Positions 1 to 6,580 of a DNA stretch of 64,000 nucleotides are shown piece by piece; within the stretch, counting starts at the first letter, position 1; the number at the start of each line of letters is the position of its first letter. The translations under genes were made by a program, and so were the position numbers. The stretch is from an uncultured Alphaproteobacteria bacterium (GTDB lineage Bacteria; Pseudomonadota; Alphaproteobacteria; HIMB59; GCA-002718135). Under the pieces are notes generated by a model. It saw nothing but the letters and a program-made list of their open reading frames with translations. It was not told where the DNA came from and searched no databases. The DNA lies in contig CABXSY010000003.1 in the NCBI GenBank assembly GCA_902514875.1, positions 31,139-95,138 on the forward strand. The letters run 5' to 3'.

Positions 1-2
1 TA

Positions 3-911
3 ATAGATTTGAAAAAAGCATCTGAAAGTAAAGATTATTGTGATGATATAAAAGGAATTCTTGAAAATAATAATTTACAACTTACAGAGTTATCTACCCA
101 CCTTCAAGGTCAGCTCGTTGCTGTTCATCCTGCATACGATATTCCTTTTGATGGATTTGCAGATGAAAAAGTAAGAGGTAATCCAAGTAAAAGAAAAGAA
201 TGGGCCATTGATCAACTAATGCAAGCAGCAATGGCTTCAAAGAACTTTGGACTAAATGCACATGCAACTTTTTCTGGTGCACTAGCTTGGCCATATTTAT
301 ATCCATGGCCTCAAAGACCAGAAGGATTAGTAGATGAGGCTTTTAATGAACTTGCAAAAAGATGGAAACCAATTTTAAATAAATTTGACGAAGCTGGGGT
401 AGATCTTTGTTATGAAATTCATCCTGGTGAAGATCTCCATGATGGCATTACTTTTGAAATGTTTTTAGAAAAAGTTGGTAATCATCCACGATGTAATATG
501 CTTTATGATCCAAGTCATTTTATTCTTCAACATTTAAATTATTTAGATCATATTGATATCTATCATGACAAATTAAAAATGTTTCATGTAAAAGATGCAG
601 AATTAAATCCAAGTGGGAAACAAGGTGTATACGGAGGTTTTCAATCTTGGATTGATAGAGCAGGCAGATTTAGATCATTAGGAGATGGTCAGGTTGACTT
701 TAAATCTATTTTTTCAAAACTATCTGGTTATAATTTTGATGGTTGGGCAGTGCTAGAATGGGAATGTTGTATAAAAAGCCCTCAACAAGGAGCAGAAGAG
801 GGTGCCAAATTTATAAAAGACCATATCATTGATGTAACTGAAAAAGCATTTGATGATTTTGCTGACTCAGGAATGGATGAAGAAACTAATAAGAAACTTT
901 TAGGTATTTAG
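3..911 (+). CDS. Sugar phosphate isomerase/epimerase family TIM-barrel protein (xylose isomerase-like/AP endonuclease 2 fold), 5'-truncated by window edge
   Basis: Frame is open upstream of the TTG at 9 (ATA GAT TTG = I-D-L); metal-binding motifs YEIHPGEDLHDG, YDPSH, HVKDAE, LEWECC. Confidence 0.85.
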   Translation: MDLKKASESKDYCDDIKGILENNNLQLTELSTHLQGQLVAVHPAYDIPFDGFADEKVRGNPSKRKEWAIDQLMQAAMASKNFGLNAHATFSGALAWPYLYPWPQRPEGLVDEAFNELAKRWKPILNKFDEAGVDLCYEIHPGEDLHDGITFEMFLEKVGNHPRCNMLYDPSHFILQHLNYLDHIDIYHDKLKMFHVKDAELNPSGKQGVYGGFQSWIDRAGRFRSLGDGQVDFKSIFSKLSGYNFDGWAVLEWECCIKSPQQGAEEGAKFIKDHIIDVTEKAFDDFADSGMDEETNKKLLGI

Positions 912-923
912 GAGGGAATTTAA

Positions 924-2075
924 ATGGCAAAAAGATTAAAATTAGGAATGATAGGTGGTGGTCAAGGAGCTTTTATTGGGGCTGTTCATCGTCTATGCGC
1001 AAGAATGGATGATAAATATGAATTTGTTGCTGGCTGTTTATCTTCAACTCCAGAAAAAGCTGCAAAATCTGCTGAAGAAATTGGTCTCGATCCTTCAAGA
1101 AGTTATCCTGATTTTAAAACGATGGCTGAGGAAGAATCTAAAAGAGATGATGGTATTGATGTAGTATCTATTGTTACACCAAATCACATGCATGCTGCGC
1201 CAGCAATTGCATTTCTAAATAAAAATATTCATGTCATTTGTGATAAACCTATGACCTCTACAATGGAAGATGCTCATAAATTAGTTGATGCAGTTTCTAA
1301 ATCTGAAGCTCATTTTTTCTTAACTCATAATTATTCTGGATATCCAGTTGTTAGAGGTATGAGATCACTTATTGAAAATGGATCACTTGGAAAAATAAGA
1401 ATTGTTAAAGGATCTTATCTGCAAGGATGGCTCGGATCAAAAGAAGAAGATTCTGGTTCAAATAAACAAGCAGAATGGAGAACAGATCCCTCAAGAAGTG
1501 GAGCCGCAGGAGGTGTAGGTGATATTGGTAGTCACACTATGCATTTATTGGAATTTATAACTCAATTAAAATTACAATCAGTTAGTGCAGATCTTACAAC
1601 TTTTGTTGAAGGAAGAAAATTAGATGACGATGCGTCGATAATGATAAGATTAAATAACGGAGCTAAGGGCTCATTATCTATCTCTCAAGTTGCGACAGGA
1701 GAAGAAAATAATTTTACTGTAGCTATTTATGGAGACAAGGGAGCATTAAAATGGAGTCAAGAAAATCCAAATTATGCAACATTTAGTCAAGTAGGAGAAC
1801 CTAGCCAAATAATAACAAGAGGTGGTTCTATCAAAGTTGAAGGAACTGAAGCTAACGTGCGAATCCCTGCTGGTCATCCAGAAGGGTATCTTGAAGCATT
1901 TGCACAGATTTATTCAGATGCTGCCGATGTTATACAAAATAAGGAAAATAAAGAAGAATTATTAAAAATTCTTCCAAATATTGATGATGGTTTACAAATT
2001 ATGAAATTCATAAACGCAAGCGTAAACTCTAGTAACAATAACTCTTCTTGGACTGATTTATCAACAATAAAATAG
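924..2075 (+). CDS. Gfo/Idh/MocA family NAD(P)-dependent oxidoreductase
   Basis: GMIGGGQGAFIG Rossmann start, VTPNHMH, ICDKP, GDIGSH motifs; RBS GGAGGG upstream. Confidence 0.9.
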   Translation: MAKRLKLGMIGGGQGAFIGAVHRLCARMDDKYEFVAGCLSSTPEKAAKSAEEIGLDPSRSYPDFKTMAEEESKRDDGIDVVSIVTPNHMHAAPAIAFLNKNIHVICDKPMTSTMEDAHKLVDAVSKSEAHFFLTHNYSGYPVVRGMRSLIENGSLGKIRIVKGSYLQGWLGSKEEDSGSNKQAEWRTDPSRSGAAGGVGDIGSHTMHLLEFITQLKLQSVSADLTTFVEGRKLDDDASIMIRLNNGAKGSLSISQVATGEENNFTVAIYGDKGALKWSQENPNYATFSQVGEPSQIITRGGSIKVEGTEANVRIPAGHPEGYLEAFAQIYSDAADVIQNKENKEELLKILPNIDDGLQIMKFINASVNSSNNNSSWTDLSTIK

Positions 2076-2183
2076 CTAATATTTCACTTAAAACTGGGAA
2101 ATATTACTATATGCATTTTTTGCATATTAATGTTAACGATTATAATCTTACTAAAAATTAATATTAAACTAAGTCAGTATTCA

Positions 2184-2234
2184 CGTTCATCACTCTTTTA
2201 GAGTGACGGAAGTAGACGAAAGTCGAAGGAACGC
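2184..2234 (+). ncRNA. Glutamine riboswitch aptamer (glnA RNA motif), copy 1a
   Basis: P1 CGTTC/GAACG; P2 TCACTC-TTTTA-GAGTGA; junction CGGAAGTA; P3 GAC-GAAA-GTC; E-loop AGTA/GAA; upstream of an amt gene. Confidence 0.88.
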
Positions 2235-2251
2235 ATGCAAAGTTATTAAAT

Positions 2252-2302
2252 CGTTCAATTTGTTGAAAGCAAATCGGAAGTAGGTTTAACCCGAAGGAAC
2301 GC
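2252..2302 (+). ncRNA. Glutamine riboswitch aptamer (glnA RNA motif), copy 1b (tandem)
   Basis: CGTTCA-ATTTG..CAAAT-CGGAAGTA-GG..CC-GAAGGAACGC, the same consensus as 1a with different stems. Confidence 0.85.
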
Positions 2303-2314
2303 GGATCTTATTAT

Positions 2315-2395
2315 TTAATTTCCATAGCTAAGCATGAAAAGTAACGCATGACTCAATGTGAGCCATGTACTGTGAAATTTATAATGGAGGATTAA
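2315..2395 (+). promoter_or_regulatory. Putative riboswitch expression platform: anti-SD tract, hairpin and RBS of amt1
   Basis: TTAATTTCCAT (2315-2325) can pair with ATGGAGGATTAA (2384-2395); intervening hairpin GCATGACTCA-ATG-TGAGCCATGT (2346-2368). Confidence 0.5.
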
Positions 2396-3681
2396 TGTTA
2401 AAAAAATCTATATATTTCATTAGCATTCTTGCTGTCTTTATGCTCTTCAGTTCATATGCAAGAGCCGAAGTAGACGGTGAAGTGCAATACATTTTAAATA
2501 CATTCCTATTTCTTGTATCTGGGTTCTTAGTCATGTGGATGGCAGCAGGATTTGCAATGCTTGAATCAGGACTTGTTACGTCTAAAAGTGTAGCAACAAT
2601 TGCTGCAAAAAATATAGGCTTATATTCGATAGCTGGTTTAATGTTTTGGTTAGTTGGATATAATATGGCATACGGCATTCCTGCAGGTGGCTTTATTGGA
2701 TCTCCAATTCCTTGGAGTGATGGTAGCTCTCTTGATACAGGTTATTCAGATGGTTCTGACTGGTTCTTTCAGATGGTATTTTGTGCAACAACTTGTTCAA
2801 TCGTATCTGGAACACTAGCTGAAAGAATCAAGATTTGGCCATTTTTTATTTTTTGTGCTTTATTAACTGGGTTCATTTATCCAATCGAAATGGGTTGGCA
2901 GTGGGGCGGAGGATACTTAGCGGAAGCAGGTTTCTCAGATTTTGCTGGTTCAACTCTAGTTCACAGTGCAGGAGCAGCCGCAGCACTTGCTGGTGCGATT
3001 TTGTTAGGCCCAAGACTGGGACGTTTTACTGATAGTGGTGAAGCAAGTCCAATGGAACCTTTTGCAAATTCTTCAATACCTCTTGCAACTCTTGGTGTAT
3101 TTATCCTGTGGCTTGGATGGTTCGGATTTAACGGTGGATCACAATTAGCTATGGGTACATTTGATGATGTTACTGCAGTAGCAACAATATATATCAATAC
3201 TAACTTGGCAGCTGGAGCAGGTGTAATGGCTTGTGCAGTAATCTCAAGATTAGCAACTGGTAAAACTGATGTTGTGATGATGCTTAATGGTGCATTAGGT
3301 GGTTTAGTAGCAATTACTGCAGAACCATTAGCTCCTTCCCCATTCTTAGCAGTAATCATTGGTGCTATAGGCGGATTAATTGTCTTCTACGGAACAAGAC
3401 TTTTAATTTCTTTTAAAATTGATGACGTTGTAGGAGCTATTCCAGTACACGGTTTTGCTGGAATTTTTGGAACATTAGTTGTTCCTATTTCAAATAGCGC
3501 AGCAAGTTTTGGTGCACAACTTTATGGGATAATAGCAATTAACGTTTTCGTTTTTGTTGTATCATTTATCATTTGGTACATCATGAAAATGCTGTTTGGT
3601 ATTAGAATCAGTGAAGAAGCTGAAAAACTTGGTACTGATAAATCTGAAGTAGGTGTAATGGCTTACAGCATCAGAGACTAA
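2395..3681 (+). CDS. amtB: Ammonium transporter (Amt family), paralogue 1
   Basis: FFQMVF, DFAGSTLVH, GWFGFNGGS, DDVVGAIPVHG (twin His kept); ATG 2395 follows GGAGG and is preferred over ORF-track start 2365. Confidence 0.95.
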   Translation: MLKKSIYFISILAVFMLFSSYARAEVDGEVQYILNTFLFLVSGFLVMWMAAGFAMLESGLVTSKSVATIAAKNIGLYSIAGLMFWLVGYNMAYGIPAGGFIGSPIPWSDGSSLDTGYSDGSDWFFQMVFCATTCSIVSGTLAERIKIWPFFIFCALLTGFIYPIEMGWQWGGGYLAEAGFSDFAGSTLVHSAGAAAALAGAILLGPRLGRFTDSGEASPMEPFANSSIPLATLGVFILWLGWFGFNGGSQLAMGTFDDVTAVATIYINTNLAAGAGVMACAVISRLATGKTDVVMMLNGALGGLVAITAEPLAPSPFLAVIIGAIGGLIVFYGTRLLISFKIDDVVGAIPVHGFAGIFGTLVVPISNSAASFGAQLYGIIAINVFVFVVSFIIWYIMKMLFGIRISEEAEKLGTDKSEVGVMAYSIRD

Positions 3682-3685
3682 TGAA

Positions 3686-3727
3686 TTTAGTGATTAGCAC
3701 ATCAACTCCTTATAGTTGGTCACTAAA
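3686..3727 (+). other. 3'-UTR stem-loop with C/U-rich loop
   Basis: TTTAGTGATTAGC pairs with GTTGGTCACTAAA (13 bp, 3 G-U); loop ACATCAACTCCTTATA. Confidence 0.5.
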
Positions 3728-3731
3728 AAAT

Positions 3732-3751
3732 GGGAGAGCATTTGCTCTCCC
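3732..3751. terminator. GC-rich hairpin, probable intrinsic terminator after amt1
   Basis: GGGAGAGC-ATTT-GCTCTCCC; A-tract before, AAATTTGTT after. Confidence 0.7.
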
Positions 3752-3780
3752 AAATTTGTTAAAACAAGTGGGAGGGTTAA

Positions 3781-4155
3781 ATGACTGAAACAGAAATTAT
3801 AAAAGAAAAAAAAAGAAACATCTATTCAAGTTTTTTTGCAGAAGATTACGTCTCAAAGTTTTTATTTAAATCAATATTACACCATGTTATTTCTCTAGAA
3901 ATATATGAAAATAACAAATTAAATGGAATTTCTTTTGAAACAATTTGTGCAAATGTACCTAAGTCAATTGGCTCTAGATCATCTATTCAATCGATTTTAA
4001 ACGAAGCATTAGAAAAAAATATTTTTGTTAAAGAACAAAATCAATCTGATAAACGGATTAAAAATTACTATTTAAGCAATAATTTTCTTGATAAGATAAA
4101 TGGATGGTTAAAAAAAGAGGGTACTTTTTTTAATAAAATGATTTTAGAAAATTAA
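3781..4155 (+). CDS. Putative winged-helix (MarR-like) DNA-binding protein
   Basis: 124 aa; SRSSIQSILNEA recognition-helix-like segment, then DKRIKNYYLS wing motif; RBS GGGAGGG. Confidence 0.55.
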   Translation: MTETEIIKEKKRNIYSSFFAEDYVSKFLFKSILHHVISLEIYENNKLNGISFETICANVPKSIGSRSSIQSILNEALEKNIFVKEQNQSDKRIKNYYLSNNFLDKINGWLKKEGTFFNKMILEN

Positions 4156-4188
4156 TTATATTTTAATAATTAAATTTAATACTATTTG

Positions 4189-4216
4189 TTGATACTTTTC
4201 GAATTATAGTTATAAC
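4189..4216 (+). promoter_or_regulatory. Putative sigma70 promoter for the amt2 leader
   Basis: TTGATA-N16-TATAAC ends about 6 nt before the duplicated leader block begins (4222). Confidence 0.4.
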
Positions 4217-4224
4217 TCTTATCA

Positions 4225-4275
4225 CGTTCATCACTGTTTTAGAGTGACGGAAGTAGACGAAAGTCGAAGGAACGC
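4225..4275 (+). ncRNA. Glutamine riboswitch aptamer (glnA RNA motif), copy 2a
   Basis: Identical to 2184-2234 except one base next to the P2 loop. Confidence 0.88.
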
Positions 4276-4292
4276 ATGCAAAGTTATTAAAT

Positions 4293-4342
4293 CGTTCAAT
4301 TTGCAGTTTGCAAATCGGAAGTAGGTATACCCGAAGGAACGC
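4293..4342 (+). ncRNA. Glutamine riboswitch aptamer (glnA RNA motif), copy 2b (tandem)
   Basis: CGTTCA-ATTTGCA-GTT-TGCAAAT-CGGAAGTA-GG..CC-GAAGGAACGC. Confidence 0.85.
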
Positions 4343-4354
4343 GGATCTTATTAA

Positions 4355-4430
4355 TTAATTTCCATAGCTAAGCATGAAGTAATGCATAACTAAAGGTTAG
4401 TTATGTATTTATAATTTTATATGGAGTTAA
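4355..4430 (+). promoter_or_regulatory. Putative riboswitch expression platform of amt2
   Basis: TTAATTTCCATA (4355-4366) can pair with TATGGAGTTAA (4420-4430); hairpin GCATAACTAA-AGG-TTAGTTATGT (4384-4406). Confidence 0.5.
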
Positions 4431-4433
4431 ATA

Positions 4434-5720
4434 ATGTATAAAAAATTTTTAAGTCTTTTTACAATTTTCTCTTTTATTTTGTTGTTAAGTTCAACTGTGA
4501 GAGCAGAGGTAGACGCTGAAGTAGCATATATATTTAATACATTCTCTTTTTTAGTATGTGGATTTTTAGTCATGTGGATGGCTGCAGGATTTCTATTTTT
4601 AGAATCAGGCCTTGTTACAACGAGAAGTGTATCAACTATTGCTGCTAAAAATATTGGAAAGTTCGCAATTGTTTCAATTGTTTTCTATTTAATTGGATAT
4701 AATCTTGGATATTCTGTCCCTGAAGGAGGCTATGTTGGAACACCATCTATATGGACTGATAATTCATCTATGGAAACAGGTTACTCAGATGCTTCAGACT
4801 GGTTTTTTCAAGCTTTATTTGTTTGTGCTACTGTTTCTATTGTATCTGGTGCTGTTGCAGAGCGAATAAAAATTTGGCCTTTCTTTACTTTTGCGGCAAT
4901 TCTTGGAGGAGTAATTTATCCAATTCAAATGGGTTGGGAATGGGGTGGAGGATGGTTAGACGCCCTAGGATTTGCAGATTTCGCTGGCTCAACATTAGTG
5001 CACGCTTGTGGTGGTTCTGCAGCTTTAGCAGGAGTAATTCTTTTAGGTCCAAGACTTGGAAGATTTAGTTCGAGTGGAGAACCAGCTAATATGGCTCCAT
5101 TTGCTCCATCATCAATTCCTTTAGTTACATTAGGAACATTTATTTTATGGATGGGTTGGTATGGTTTTAATGGCGGATCACAACTTGCATTAGGTTCTTA
5201 TGAAGATGCAACAGCAATGTCTAAAATTTTCATGAACACTCAACTTGCTGCTTGCGGTGGATGTATGGCTGGTGCAGCAATAACAAGATTAATTGGTGGA
5301 AAAACTGATATTGTCATGATGCTTAATGGAGCTCTGGCAGGTTTAGTGTCAATAACAGCTGAGCCATTAATGCCTAGTCCATTGCTTGCTATTGGAATAG
5401 GAGCAGTTGGTGGAGTAATAATGTATTATGGAACTAACTTCTTAAATTCATTAAAATTAGATGATGTTGTTGGGGCAATACCAGTACATATGTTTGCTGG
5501 TATTTGGGGAACATTGGTTGTCCCTTTAACTAATCCTGATGCATCATACTCAATTCAGTTATTAGGTGTTGGATCAGTGTGTATCTTTGTTTTTGTTTTC
5601 TCATATATTGTAATATATTTAATTAAAAATATTATGGGATTACGAATTAGTAAAGAAGCTGAAAAACTTGGAACTGATAAAGCTGAGGTTGGAGTCATAG
5701 CTTATTCAATAAGAGATTAA
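4434..5720 (+). CDS. amtB: Ammonium transporter (Amt family), paralogue 2
   Basis: DFAGSTLVH, GWYGFNGGS, DDVVGAIPVH; colinear with paralogue 1, same C-terminus AYSIRD. Confidence 0.95.
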   Translation: MYKKFLSLFTIFSFILLLSSTVRAEVDAEVAYIFNTFSFLVCGFLVMWMAAGFLFLESGLVTTRSVSTIAAKNIGKFAIVSIVFYLIGYNLGYSVPEGGYVGTPSIWTDNSSMETGYSDASDWFFQALFVCATVSIVSGAVAERIKIWPFFTFAAILGGVIYPIQMGWEWGGGWLDALGFADFAGSTLVHACGGSAALAGVILLGPRLGRFSSSGEPANMAPFAPSSIPLVTLGTFILWMGWYGFNGGSQLALGSYEDATAMSKIFMNTQLAACGGCMAGAAITRLIGGKTDIVMMLNGALAGLVSITAEPLMPSPLLAIGIGAVGGVIMYYGTNFLNSLKLDDVVGAIPVHMFAGIWGTLVVPLTNPDASYSIQLLGVGSVCIFVFVFSYIVIYLIKNIMGLRISKEAEKLGTDKAEVGVIAYSIRD

Positions 5721-5734
5721 TACATATAAAAATA

Positions 5735-5762
5735 TTAAGAGAGGTAGTCTTACCTCTCTTAA
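5735..5762. terminator. Hairpin, probable (possibly bidirectional) intrinsic terminator
   Basis: TTAAGAGAGGTA-GTCT-TACCTCTCTTAA just after the amt2 stop. Confidence 0.7.
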
Positions 5763-5779
5763 AAAAAAGGAGGTTAATT

Positions 5780-5971
5780 ATGAAAACATCATTTATGATC
5801 AGTGGAAAGAAGCATTTTTTGAAATATGAAAGAAAAATGCCTGAAAAAGAAGTACTTAAAATGAAATCATTTGTGACTAATAAAGGTATTAAGCTTGCAA
5901 AAACTGCAAAGTTTAAAATAAAAAAAGTTTTAGAAAAAGATAAGGAAAGAGTTTTTGATATTATTTTATAA
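5780..5971 (+). CDS. Small basic hypothetical protein (63 aa)
   Basis: Strong RBS AGGAGG 6-7 nt before ATG; fills the gap exactly up to the convergent gene. Confidence 0.7.
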   Translation: MKTSFMISGKKHFLKYERKMPEKEVLKMKSFVTNKGIKLAKTAKFKIKKVLEKDKERVFDIIL

Positions 5972-6523
5972 TTAACAACTACCTGAAAATATTGAAAGTT
6001 TACTTGCGTCTATTCCTAATAAATTAAATGCATCGTTCCATTTATTATTAACTTTTTCATCAAAAATAAAATCACTGTTTGCTTTTAGTGTCATCCAACT
6101 ATTTGACGCTAGTTCCTTTTCAATTTGTCCTGGACCCCATCCCGCATATCCAAGAGCTAAAATACTATTTTTTGGACCATTACCTTTAGAAAGGTCTTCA
6201 AAAAATTCTGAAGTACTAGTTAACGCCACACCTTTGTCTATTGTTAGAGTTTCTTTTTGAATTACTTCGTCAGAATGTAAAACGAACCCCCTACCACTTT
6301 CAACAGGACCACCATAGCGAATGTATAGCTTCTTATCTTCTAATGGCTTGTCTATACCTAGTTGTTCAAGCAAATCTGGGTAAAGATCATAATCAATTTT
6401 TTTGTTGATTATTATACCCATAGCCCCATCTTTTGAGTGAGCACACATATAAATTACCGTTTTTTCAAATCTATCATCTTCTAATGAAGGCATTGAAATT
6501 AAGAACTGACCAGTTAAATTCAT
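5972..6523 (-). CDS. YqgE/AlgH family protein (DUF179)
   Basis: GQFLISMP, GGPVESGRGFVLHS, LGYAGWGPGQIE motifs. Confidence 0.92.
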   Translation of the reverse strand: MNLTGQFLISMPSLEDDRFEKTVIYMCAHSKDGAMGIIINKKIDYDLYPDLLEQLGIDKPLEDKKLYIRYGGPVESGRGFVLHSDEVIQKETLTIDKGVALTSTSEFFEDLSKGNGPKNSILALGYAGWGPGQIEKELASNSWMTLKANSDFIFDEKVNNKWNDAFNLLGIDASKLSIFSGSC

Positions 6524-6580
6524 ATAGTATATATATTCGTATTAATTTATATTTTTCAATATTGTATTGATTTATTTTAT

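Noticed and set aside
2109-2127. NtrC binding site or sigma54 promoter upstream of amt1
   Set aside because: Half-site spacing does not match NtrC and no convincing -24/-12 element was seen
2365-2394. ORF-track start of amt1 at 2365
   Set aside because: It lies in the leader hairpin and has no RBS; ATG 2395 follows GGAGG and aligns with the paralogue start
2184-4342. Repeated CGTTCA...GAAGGAACGC units as a CRISPR array or mobile repeat
   Set aside because: Only two units per locus, internal stems vary, the linker is identical rather than a unique spacer, and there are no cas genes; the glnA riboswitch consensus explains them
2379-5068. Short alternative-frame or antisense ORFs inside amt genes (2379-2678, 2835-3032, 2961-3359, 4823-5068)
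   Set aside because: Shadows of well-supported coding sequences with no recognisable motifs
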